This document shows, one piece after another, positions 51,065 through 62,134 of a stretch of 64,000 nucleotides of DNA (position 1 is the first letter of the stretch; every line of letters begins with the position of its first letter). Origin of the DNA: Prorocentrum cordatum. Lineage: Eukaryota. Both the position numbers and the translations under genes were made by a program. Below the pieces are notes generated by a model. The model saw nothing but the letters and a program-made list of their open reading frames with translations, was not told the DNA's origin and did not search any database. Location: contig CAUYUJ010000002.1 in the NCBI GenBank assembly GCA_963575745.1, positions 2,232,001 to 2,296,000 of the forward strand, written 5' to 3'.

Positions 51065-51384
51065 GGGGCTGATGCGTTTCCGAGTTCCTAGCGGGCCTTG
51101 TTTGGCCTGGAGGCCAGGTCAGGCACCGCTCGAGGTCTGGGCCCAAAGCGGCTCGGCCACGCCTTCTAACACCTCGCGGGGGGACCTCCCCCTCTAGGCG
51201 CGCTCGCGGCACTCTCCTGGACGCACCTGCTGCTGCGTCGGGTGTGCCGTGCCGTCGTTGTGTGTGCTCGTCGTGCTTGATATTCTGCAGGGTTGTCGCT
51301 CCAGCTCCGCCTGCCCCCCCTTTGAAGGCCCCCCCGAGCTCTCAGTGCAAAGCTGGCTAATTATAGAGGCGTTAATGTAAACGC
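51065..51384 (+). repeat. Split direct repeat B2 (right terminus)
   Basis: Copy of B1; satellite resumes immediately after. Confidence 0.95.
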
Positions 51385-52078
51385 TTCGTGGCCCCATAGG
51401 GGGCCCCACCGAAGGTTCCACTGGCACCGCCCGCGTGCGTCCGCCACCACCCAGCATAGCCCCTGCTCCCTGCGTGTCACCCACACAGCACAGCGCTTCG
51501 TGGCCCCATAGGGGGCTCCACCGAAGGTCCCAGTGGCACTGCCCGCATGTGTCCGCCACCACCCAGTACAGCCCATTCTCCCTGCGTCTCACCCACCCAG
51601 TACATCGCTTCGTGGCCCCATAGGGGGCTCCACCGAAGGTCCCAGTGGCACCGCCCGCGTGCGTCCGCCACCACCCAGCACCCAGCACAGCCCCTGCTCC
51701 CTGCGCTTCACCCACCCAGTACAGCGCTTCGTGGCCCGATAGGAGGCTCCACCGAAGGTCCCACTGGCACCGCCCGCATGCGTCTGCCACCACCCAGCAC
51801 AGTTCTTGTTCCCTAAGTTGCACCCACCTAGTACAGTGCTCCGTGGCCCCATAAGGGGGCCCCACCGAAGGTCCCAGTGGCACCGCCCGCATGCATCCGC
51901 CACCACCCAGCACAGCCCGGCTTCTTGCGTTTCACCCACCCAGTACAGCGCTCCGTGGCCCCATAGGGAGCTCCACCGAAGGTCCCTGTGGCACCGGCCT
52001 CATGCGTCCGCCACCACCCAGTACAATCGCGGTATTCACAACTGCATATGGTTGGGTCCTTCGCGAGGCGAATTTCAT
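51385..52078 (+). repeat. Family 1-type satellite (~110-120-bp units) plus 3' terminus
   Basis: Ends CAATCGCGGTATTCACAACTGCATATGGTTGGGTCCTTCGC, matching 63853-63893. Confidence 0.85.
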
Positions 52079-52329
52079 AGTTTGAATGTGTTTGAACATT
52101 GTTCCCACCATCCTAAGTGGGTTTCTTGTTTTCCTTGGACACCCCGCGCAGGAAGTCACCCTCACCCCATCCCTCTCCTACTCATCACCCAGCATCTCTT
52201 CACTCACATTCTCATGTACTCATCATCACACCCGTCATCATCAGCAGCAGCATCATCATCATCATAGTCGTCATCATCATAATCATCAGTCACTCATTGA
52301 TTCATTCGCTCATTCACACACCCACACTT

Positions 52330-53830
52330 GAGGAAGTATCTCGCAGGAGCTTCGTCTGTGGGTGAACTGTGAGGAAGTCTCAGGCGGCAGCCCCTTCCGA
52401 TGGGGCACGCAGAGCATGCTATTATTCATGCGGGCCATCCAAATCTTGTAACTGTCGTCATTCTGGGGTTCCGGAGGCCTCAACGTGGGAGAAGTATCCG
52501 GCGGGATCCTCGTCTGTGAGTGCATCGCGAGGAAGTCTCAGGCGGGAGCCCCCTCCCGATGGGGTTCGCAGATCATGTCATTGATCCGAGCGGGTCATCT
52601 ACATATTGCAACTGTCGTCATTGTTGGGCTCCTAAGTCCTGAATATGGGAGAAGTATCGATCGGGAGCCTCGTCTGTGAGTGAATTGCGAGGAAGGCTCA
52701 GGCCAGAGGCCCCGCTTATGGGGTTCGCAGATCATGTTATTAATTCGAGCGGGTCATCCACATATTGTAATTATCGCTCCTTTTGGTCTCCTGAGTCCTG
52801 AATATGGGAGAAGTGTCAATCGGGAGCCTCGTCTGTGAGTGAAGTGCGAGGAAGTCTCAGGCGGGAGCCCCCTCCCTTTGGGGCCCGCACTTCATGTTGG
52901 TAATCCAACCGGGTCAACCAGATATTGTAATTGTCGTCGTTTTTGGCTCCCTGAGGCTTGGATATGGGGGAAGTATCAAGCGGGGGCCTCGTGTGTAAGT
53001 GAATTACGAGGGAGTCTCAGGCGGGAGCCCCTTCGAGATGGGGCTCGGGGCCCGCATTTCATGTTGGTAATCAATGCGGGTCATCCTCGAACTTGTAATT
53101 GTCGTCATTTTTGGGCTCCTGAGGCTTGAACGTGGGGGAAGTATCAGGCGGGAGCCTCGTCTGTGAGTAAATTGTGAGGAAGTCTCAGGCGGGAGCCCCT
53201 CCCTATGGGGCCCGCACCTCTCGTGTTTCCTCCGGGTCGTCCTCTTGCGCGCGCTTCCTTTGGGTCGTCCTCCGGCGCGTATCCGCCGGGACGCACATCG
53301 TGCGTTTCCTCTGGGTCGTGTTCCGCACGAGGAGGAAGAAGGAGGAGGAAGGAGGATGCAGGACATCCGAGCGGGGACATCCTCGAACTTGTAACTGTCG
53401 TCACTGAGTCCTGAATCTGGGGGAAGTATCAGGCGGGAGCCTCGTCTGTAAGTGAATTGTGAGGCAGTCACAGGCGGGAGCCCCCTCCCTATGGGGCCCG
53501 CGTTTCATGTTGGTAATCCGAGCGGGACATCCTCGAACCTGTAACTGTCGTCAATTTTGGGTTCCTGAGGCCTGAATCTGCGGGAAGCATCAGGCGGGAG
53601 CTTCGTTTGTGATTGAACTGTGAGGAAGTCTCAGGCGGGAGCCCCTTCCCTATGGGGCCCGCACTTCATGTTGGCAATCCGTGCGTGTCATCCTCGAACT
53701 TGTAACTGTCGTCACTTTTGGGCTCCTGAGGCTTGAATATGGGGGAAGTATCAGGCGGAAGCCTCGACTGTGAGTGAATTGTGAGGAAGGCTCAGGCGGG
53801 AGCCCCCGTCCCTATGGGGCCCGCACCTCT
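52330..53830. repeat. ~160-bp satellite (GAGGAAGTCTCAGGCGGGAGCC core)
   Basis: Core at ~52372, 52529, 52689, 52848, 53008, 53177, 53461, 53623, 53783; ~150-bp insert duplicated at 53215 and 53825; related motif at 13330-13395. Confidence 0.88.
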
Positions 53831-54524
53831 CGTGTTTCCTCCAGGTCGTCCTCTTGCGCGCGCTTCCTTTGGGTCGTCCTCCGGCGCGTATCCGCCGGGA
53901 CGCACATCGTGCGTTTCCTCTGGGTCGTGTTCCGCACGAGGAGGAAGAAGGAGGAGGAAGGAGGATGCAGGACGAGAAAGAGAAGCAGGAGGAGAAGGAG
54001 GAAGCTGAGGGCGAGAACGACGAGGAGGACATGGAGGAAGAGGAGTGCCCCAGGAGGCCCCAGGATGTCCCGGGAGGCCTAGAAGGCTCCAGGAGGCCCC
54101 AAGAGGCCGAAGAGTCCCCAGGAGGAGGCAGGAAGCCTAAGGAGGAGGCAGGAGAAGGGGGAGGCGGAGGAGGAGGGGGGGGAAAATGGAGACGAGGAGG
54201 AGGAGGCGGAGGAGGGAGAGGTAGAAGAGGAAGATGGAGAGGGGAGGCGAAGGAGGAGGAGGAGGGAGAAGGAAGGCAGCAGGAGGAGGAGGAGGAGGAC
54301 GCAGGAGGCAGGAGGAGCATGGGGAATGGGGGGAGGAGGCATAACGAGGAGAAGGAAAAGGAGGAGGAAAAGGAGGAGGAACAGGAGGAGGAGGAGGAGG
54401 AGGAGGAGGAGGAGGATGTGGTGGAGGAAGCAAGAGGAGGAGGCAGGAGTAGGTGGGAGAAGCGAGGGGGCAGGAGGAGATCCCCAGGCAAGCTAAACAG
54501 ATTCTCATGTGGGGTCCAACCGTC

Positions 54525-54590
54525 GGAGTAATTTGACCATTTCCCATTTTTCTTCCAAAATCCGCCTGTAGGGGGACATGCCCGACCTAA
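54525..54590. mobile_element. Right half of ~145-bp MITE-like family
   Basis: CCAAAATCCGCCTGTAGGGGGACATGCCCGAC. Confidence 0.55.
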
Positions 54591-55208
54591 CGCTAGGAGG
54601 GCACAGGCTCAGGGGGGGAGGACGCATCGACCCCCGATCGCCCATTGATCGCCTACGCGGCTCCGATAGCCCCTACCTGCCCAGGACCGTGCGAATCGGC
54701 AATCGGGGGCCCAGGCCCATCGCCGATGTATCGACGGTGTATCGCCGATTGAAGCTCGATGTTGTCCCCTGAACCAATCCCCCTTCAGGTTCCCCCTCGC
54801 CCATGTATCCCCGGAGATCTGATGTCTTGATTCTGTCAATGCGCGGTTCCAAGAATTCCTGACCCTTCTCCAAGAATTCCCGACCCTTCTCCCTGGGGTC
54901 GGTTCTTCGTCCCGAGCCGCCTTGCTGGTGGTCCCGAGGCCTGGCGAGGGGCCGAAAACCACTAAACACCGTCCGTCGTGAGACTTGGCATCGCTCGGAC
55001 GTGTTCATTTTTCCTTCGGCGAGGACCATCGAGGAGCATCCTTGATCATTTGGCGAAAAAAACACGCACGAAACCAAAAAAAACACAGGAAATGGACGTC
55101 CGAGCGATGGCCAGGAGGCGGCCTGGCTTCTTTCGGAGTTGTCGACTCCAGTGCACGGCATGTCATTTGACAGATCGCAGTGTCACCCACTGCTGTCGGT
55201 GGAGGAGG

Positions 55209-55230
55209 TTCGTAGCCAATTTGGCTCAAG
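55209..55230 (+). other. Relic dinoflagellate spliced leader (DinoSL)
   Basis: TTCGTAGCCAATTTGGCTCAAG vs DCCGTAGCCATTTTGGCTCAAG, 20/22, 12 nt upstream of ATG 55243. Confidence 0.92.
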
Positions 55231-55242
55231 TGCCAGCAAGTC

Positions 55243-58101
55243 ATGGGCCGCCTGGCCTCCGCGCCGCGCCCGCGGCCGCCCCCCTCGGCGGTGCTCCCGC
55301 CACGCGCTGGGCGCCGGCCGCCTGCGCCTCCGCGGCGGAGCTCCTGGGCTGGGTGCGCGATGGACGGCCTCGCGCCCGCCAGGGCGCTCGTGTGCCTCGG
55401 CGGCAGGGTCGCCGACCTGCGCGGCACGGCGGCGGGCATCGCCGCGAACCTGGTGCTGCCGCTCGACGCCGACGTCTTCGTCTACGCCCCGCGGCGCGCC
55501 AGGCGAGACGCGGACTCCCTCGCGGCCCTGGAGGAGCTGCGGGCGCGTGCGCCGGGCCGGGTGGCGAAGGTCGAGTTCTTCGACGAGGACGGCGCCGCGC
55601 GCGCCGCCTTCGGCAGGCTCCCGCGGCCCGCCCTTGAGGGGCTGCTGGCCGTCGGCGGCAACTGGCTGGGGGGCCTGCCAGCCAACCTCTCGGGAGGCGC
55701 CGAGCGGTGGAAGTTCGCGGCCAAGGGGGAGCTGTTCACCTATCGGCGCCAGACTGGATGAGAATGGCGGGCTTTCGTCGCCGTCGTCCTCCTCCTCATC
55801 CTCCTCCTCCTCTTCCTCCTCCTCCTAAGCTTTCCTCCTCCTCCTCCTCCTCCTCCTCCTCCTCCTTCCTCTATCCTTTATCGTCTGTCCTCTATCATCT
55901 ATCCTCCTCCTCCTCCTCCTCCTCCTCCTCCTCCTCCTCCTCCTCCTCCTCCTCGGTTCCTCTCAAACCCTGAGAGGGCCGAAAGCCCGCCATACTCGTC
56001 CAGGCTGGAGCTCACCTATCTGCAGCACGAGCGGTGCCTGAGGTACTACCTCGGCGCTCGACGCGGCCAGGGGCGCCTGGTGTACACGCGCACCGACTTC
56101 GCCTGGCTCTGCCCGCACGCTCCGCTGGAGCTCTTGGACACGGGCCCGTCTGGGTCCGTCTGGGTGCCGGACTCCGGTTGGGACGACTACGGCGGCGTCT
56201 ACGACAACCACGCCGTGCTGGAGGGCGGCGGCGCCGAGGCCTTCCTGGGCAGCTGGCGGCGCCTCCTGGACGGCGCGGCCGCCGCGGCCCTGCCGGCAGG
56301 CCACGGCTCCTGGGTCAACCCGGAGACCTACTTGGCCGCCCGTTTGGCCTCGGCGCAGCACAAGGGCCTGGCGTTCCGCCGCTACGCGCAGTGTGCGTAC
56401 CGCACATGCCGCAAGGACGAGCGCGGGCGCTTCCTGGGAGGGTCCCGCGCGGGCGGCGAGGTCTCGGACGGCAGCGGCGCGTGGGCCCAGTTCCCGTGCG
56501 ACCCGGCGACGGGGGCGCGGCGCTCCTACCCGTGGGAGTGGGCCGCCGCCACGGCGGTGGCCGCGTGCTTCCGAGCCCGCGGCGCCCCTGGCCGCGCTGA
56601 CGGCGGGTGGACGCCGGAGCTGCTGCACTCCTGCTACAGCGCGCCAGTGCCGTTCCCGCAGGACGCCGGCTTCGCCTACGCGCGCGGCCGCCCCGCGGCG
56701 GCCTCGGAGGGGCCAGCGGCATTCGCGGCGCGATGCCTGGCGGAGCACGCGGGCAGGCCCGAGCACTTCGGCGGCCTCTCGGGGGCGCCGCTGGCGGACC
56801 TGGAGAGCAGCCTGCTGCAGTGGTCCCTGCTGCAGGAGCAGCGGCACGAGTGCCTCGACGCCCAGCATAAGTACCTGTACGTGCGGCCGGTCCCCCGAGG
56901 TGGCGGCGGAGGCCGAGGCGCCGTGGCGCCCCCTGACAGCGCCCTCGCCTTCGGCCTCTGCGTGCCCGCCGCCTGCTCGGTCGAGGCGGGCCGCGCGCTG
57001 GCCGCGCGGTTCGCGTCCGCCGCCGGCCTTCCTGGCGCCGCGGCGGCGGCGAGGGAGGCCGCGCCGCCCCAGAGCTTCGCCGCCGAGGACCCGTCGACGG
57101 GGGAGGAAGCTGGGCCAGAGGGCCACGAGCCGCTGTGGAGCGTGCCGGTGAGCGCGGTCGAAGGAATCGACTTCGTCGTCGCCGGCCCGCTCGCCGCGGG
57201 CTCCGCGGCGCTCTTCGCGGCGCTTGCCGCTCACCCGCAGGTGCTTACCCTCGGGGCCCAGCCGCAGCTGCTCCTGCAGCTGGGCCACGAGCCGTGGGCC
57301 TCCGCACGCGACCGCCGCCTGCTGCTGGGCCGCCGCGGAAGCTCCGGCCCCAGCGGCGATGCGCTCGGCCTCTTCGACCCGCGGGTACTCGCCGGCGAGG
57401 CTCCCGCGGGGCGGTTGCGGTCGCTGCGGCGCCGCCGCCGGGTGCAGCTGGTGGTTGCCGTGCGCAGCCCCACGCAGGTGTTGGAGGCTGCGCTGTGCGA
57501 CGGCCGCGGTTCGGAGCTGCCGCAGGCGGAGCTGTTGCAGGCGGAGGCGCTGACCACCCGCGTGCTGCTCGACTGGCCCGAGGAGGACGTCCTGCTCGTC
57601 CCCCACGAGGCCATGGCCGCGGACCGTAACCGCACGCTCGAGAGGGTGTTCCGGTTCCTTGGCCTGGCCCCCGCGACCCCCTGCGACGGCAGGCCCACGG
57701 CCCCTCGGAGGCCGCGGAGGGCCCGGGCCCCCCCTTGCGCAGGGGGGCCCATACTCGAGGGGCTGCGGGCGGCGGCGGAACGGTACCTGGCCGAGGAGGC
57801 CGTTGCGCTCCGCGAGCTGGCCGCGCGCCTCGGAGGGCTCGCGTGGCCGCCTACGGCGGCGGCGGCGGAGCCCGCGGCCACTGCCCGCTGCTTCGGCGAC
57901 GGCACCGGCGCCATGCGTTCGTGGTGCTGCCCGCGGGAAGCCGAGGCCGCTGGCCTCCCTGGCGCTCACGGGCTGCGCCCCGGCGCCCGCCGCGCCGCCG
58001 CGTGCGCCATCGCCGAGGCGGCCGGGTGTTGCGCGAGGTTCGAGGATGCCCACAGGGCGCTCGCCGCGGCGCTGCGTCGGCGCCTCGACGCCGCGAAATA
58101 G
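55243..58101 (+). CDS. Retrogene, ~860 aa after removing 55745-56020: glycosyltransferase-like N half, Cys-containing linker, degenerate sulfotransferase-like C half
   Basis: Two same-frame ORFs join as GELFTYLQHERCL; motifs ALVCLGG..PLDADVF, YTRTDF..WVP..DYGG.YD.HA; GLCVPAACS; DFVVAG..GSAALF..L.AHPQV, LVVAVRSP, HEAM..D..TLERVFRFLGL. Confidence 0.78.
55745..56012. mobile_element. 268-bp TIR element with 8-bp TSD inside the coding sequence (Introner/MITE candidate)
   Basis: 33-bp TIRs 28/33 (55745-55777, 55980-56012); CACCTATC at 55737-55744 and 56013-56020; (CCT)n interior. Confidence 0.88.
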
Positions 58102-58624
58102 AAACAAAACGTTGTCGGTGGAGCTCCCGTGGGTGTGCCTAGATCCTAGATACCCACTTCGGGGACATTTGATTTGGTCTGTCCACGCTTCGTCCCCTCA
58201 GCGTTCCTTGTCCTCCTCCAGAAATCATTCGCGCTGAACACAACGAAACGTCCGTCATATGAGCGACGGAAGAAATCGGGGTCGACTGCGCCGACAGGGG
58301 CGCGTAAGCTGCCCGCGTAGGATCGCGCGTCAGCGCCCTCGTTTCCAATGCAGCGGCGTGCCGCGCTGGCGGGCCGCTCAAGCCGCGGCGCAGTGTGGCT
58401 GTGTCGTCTTGCGCAGGACCCGTTCCTTTCGGTCGTTCATTTGGTCTTCGCGGCGCGAGGCTGTCAGGGTCCGGCGCACGTGAGAGGGGACAAACGGGCA
58501 CAGGCACAGACCATCGTCGATGCCCCGGAAACGATGGGAGCATGTGCGAAGTGGAGGGGATGGCGAACGTCCAGAAAATAGTGAAGATTTGGAATTTTCA
58601 AGTTCTCTACATACGCAAATACAA

Positions 58625-58950
58625 CATTATGTATGTATGTCTTGCTGTCATTCGTGATAGATACATGCATGGTTTATGTATGTGTATATGCATGTATATG
58701 TGTAGTTATATAGTGGTGAGTCCTGTATGTATATGTGTGTGTGGTTGTTCCATGTTCTGTGTGTATTCATGTCTGTGTAAATGCATTGTTGTATGTATTG
58801 TTTTTTTTTATGTATGTAAGCATTCATTGGTTCATGGATGCATATAGCTGCTTGGTTGCTTGTATGTATGTATTGATGTATGCATGCATGTATGCATTTT
58901 CTCATGCATTGAGTCATGTGTATGTCTGTGCTCGTTTATGCATTCATTCC
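58625..58950. repeat. TG/TATG-rich low-complexity tract
   Basis: Direct reading. Confidence 0.8.
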
Positions 58951-60118
58951 TGTGTTCGGTGTTCTCATTTCCTTATGCCTCCCTGGTCGCCTGGAGCAGA
59001 GCAGAGCAGGGCGGTCGGGGCGGCGGCCCGCGCGGCAGGCCTGCCCGCGCAGCCCCGCCGCCCCCCGCGCGCCTGCCGCGGCCCTGGAGGGCGCGGCGTC
59101 GCCGGCGGCCGCGACGCCGTCGTCGGCGGCGGCGTGGAGCCGCGCCGAGGAGGGGCGGGGCCAGGGCCGACGGTCCGAGAGAGCCTTCCTCTGCAGGACC
59201 ACCAAAGCAGGAACGCCAAGGTTGTCAAACGCCTCGCCGGTTGAGCCGAGGAAGATGTGCAAAGTCCAACCGTTCGATTCTGTCCAAAGTGTTGGCTTGA
59301 CGCTGGGTGTGGTGCATCAGTTCCAGCGTGACGAAACAGGCTGGTTGCGCCCCTTGACGTCCGTTTGGAGTGTTCTGCAGACCTGACCCCCAGCCCTACT
59401 CAAAGGAGGGGTGGGGCCAGGGCTGGAGTCCAAGGTACCAAGGTGAAGGTCAACCAGGCTTGCTGTTCCTCTGCCTGGCGGGCGCATACTCCAGGGTTCT
59501 CTTCTTTTCGATGCTTGTCGCCTTTCTTTGCCCGCTGCGCCCGCCAGGCTAATTTGTTTGACCCTTGGCCTAGGTCGGCCTCTTCATATTCTTCTAGCCA
59601 CAGAACGCCACGTTCATCAAGGGCTGGAGTCGGCCGGGGGCCCGAGGCACAGTCAAGTCGTATCGGAAGAATGCGCTGTAAGGATGCCAGGGCCCTGGAG
59701 GATCATGCTGGCGTTATCGAACGGGGCTGGCCAGCGAAAGGCACCAAGTTTGGGCCGAGGGGGCAGGGATGCCAGGGTAGCCTTGGAAAGTTGCTCGTCC
59801 TTGCTATGCGACTTGACTGTGGCCCAGCACCGGTTCCAGCGAGCAGGAAAAGGGGCGATTTTCGGGCCCTGGGACCGTCAAACAAGGTTCCAGGGTGAAA
59901 ATCTGCACCAGATGAACCCTGGAAGGGGTCTGGAGACTAATGCTGAACACATTTGACCTTGTCGCCCATTCCTGTCCGATTTTCTCGAGGCCATCCAGTT
60001 CGGAACCCCCTGGCCGCCTCCACGGCGGGGCCACATGCAGTAACATGGGGGTGGCGATAGGCCATGCCTCCCAAAGTGGGTATGGCACAGGGACAACTAC
60101 AGTCCAGGCCTTGCAGCT

Positions 60119-60262
60119 GGGGTCGGAGCCAATGATGTCGGAGGATCGCGCCACATCGCTGATGCATGGAAACTGCGGGTCGATGTGAATTTCCCCACGC
60201 CGCCGATGCATCGCCGCTGCATTGGCGATGCGGTGGTGATGCGGCGCGATCCTCCGACCCCA
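60119..60262. mobile_element. Hairpin MITE-like copy related to 39061-39247
   Basis: GTCGGAGGATCGCGCCACATC..GATGCGGCGCGATCCTCCGAC. Confidence 0.65.
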
Positions 60263-61225
60263 TTTACTGGGACCCCATTTGGCCATGTTCGGAGCCCTCT
60301 AACGTTAAAGGGGGGGAGGGGGCGGAAGGGGGCGGGGGCTCACGGGGGGGATGGGCTGAGGACGGGAGGGAGTAAGTTTCTGGGGGTGTTTCCAACATCG
60401 TCGAGGCCTGGGGTGGTTTGATTCCATCAGCCGGGCCTCGTCCAGAACGATCCAGGGGCTCCAGGATCATTTCCGGAAAAGGAAAAGATATCGATACCGT
60501 TGCTCGTCCTGGAGACTCCTCGTCGCCACAGTGGGATTCCGCTCGAAATTCTGATCAGAACGCACCTTGGGCGAGGTCCTGGGAGTAGTGGTTTCGGGGC
60601 TCAGGGAGAGGGGATAGGTTTCGAGGTGTTCGGGCGGTTTCGTTGGTCCTCAGCGGTGTTCCAGCCTCGGAGTGCCTTCTAGCGGCTGCGCGTCGCCGAG
60701 GGCGTGCCGGGGGTGCCCGGATCGCCCCGGACGGCCGCCAGAGAGCCGAGTTCTGACCCGAAAGCCAGGGGGTAGCGCTAGGGAGGAGGCAGGCTCGGGG
60801 GGGAGAGCTCATCGACTCCCGATCGCCCGCCCATCCATCGCCGATGCGGGCCCCGTAGCCCACCCCGGCCAGGAACGCGCGGATTCGCCATCGGGGGCCG
60901 GCGATGCGCTGCCGATTCCGAATCCAAGTCAATGTTTCCTCCCATGAGCCACCGCCGCCGCCGCCGTCGTCGTCGTCATCCTCGTCGTTATCGTCGTCCT
61001 CGTCGTCGGAGCCAGTCCCCGTGCATCGTTCCTCCTCAGGGAGGGGTCGGGCCGCTGACGTTCGGGAAATGCCTGTCATCTGGCGCGTTTTTTGTGGCCC
61101 CGTTTATCTCGTCCTCTGGGGCCTTCTCGGATCGATCCAGCTCGGGAAGTGGCGCACGAAGATGGGAGTCGATGGATCCAGTCGTGATGTTTCAGTGCGT
61201 CGTGCTTTTGTGACGGCCGATGCCG

Positions 61226-61258
<33 letters not shown>

Positions 61259-61409
61259 GGCCAGGCCTGGCGGCTATCAGGGATATGGCGCAGAAGTGGA
61301 GCGCGCCAAGCGTGCGGCCGTTGTTTAACGGCTCCCCAAAGGACCCACAGGGCGGGCCCATTCGCAACACTGGATCAACACTCTGCGGTCGCGACGGCCA
61401 CGGATGGAG

Positions 61410-61750
61410 CCCTCATGTGTGGGCATGGTCCACGTGAGGGGTGTGCCGAGTTTTTTCGTGCTAACGCATGCGACTTCCTAACTGATGGCGATAAGTGGAG
61501 CTGGGCACGATCCACAAGAGGGTTGTTCCGAATTGGGTGGTGGTAGCGCAGGCCATGTCCTCCATTGGGCCCACAGGTGTAACACGTTCCACGGGAGAGG
61601 TCTGCCGAATTGGGTAGTGGTAGCGTGTGCCGATCTTTCCATTGTGGCAACTGGTAGAGCCTCCTGTGAGGGCACGATGCGCGCGAGTGGTGTGCAAATT
61701 TCCTCAAGGGGAGGCAAGATCCGCGTGAGGGTTGCGCCGAAACCGGCGCA
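61410..61750. repeat. Diverged ~95-bp satellite related to 18320-18780 and 19760-20290
   Basis: Shared GGGCACGATCCGCGTGAGGGGTGTGCCGAA-like core. Confidence 0.6.
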
Positions 61751-62134
61751 GGCGAGGAGAAGGGAGGAGAGAAGGAGGAGGAGGAGGAGGAGGAGGAGGA
61801 GGACCAGTGTAAACTCAAGAGCCATCAACGATGTTGGAGTAACCCCCCCCTCCAAGCTTCCTCTTCTTAGGCACCTGCAACCGTGCATTTCCATTGATGG
61901 AGCTGCTTCGGTGGAAGACACCCGCTACAAGACCCTGAAGCATGCCTAAACATTGGGATTTTAACGCCACGGATCAACCTGATTGTTGCGTCTTGACAAT
62001 CTTGGATCGTGCCAACACGCCATTTTTATGATTCCAACACAGAATCCATGGAACAGTTGCACCCGCATAATCTTGAATATTTCTACAACGCCATTTTTGG
62101 TACGTTGATGATGGGAATCCGTCAAACTCGTGCA

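Larger units (their letters stand above)
43509..51384 (+). mobile_element. Tyrosine-recombinase (DIRS order, PAT/Ngaro-type split direct repeat) retrotransposon carrying a C5 DNA methyltransferase domain
   Basis: A1-ORF1-RT-RNaseH/MTase-YR-B1-A2-B2 organisation; interrupts a satellite monomer without TSD. Confidence 0.93.

Noticed and set aside
55963..58107. 714-aa minus-strand ORF
   Set aside because: Antisense shadow; SL relic and motifs support the plus strand
58990..59170. GC-rich possible exon
   Set aside because: No motif, splice or frame evidence
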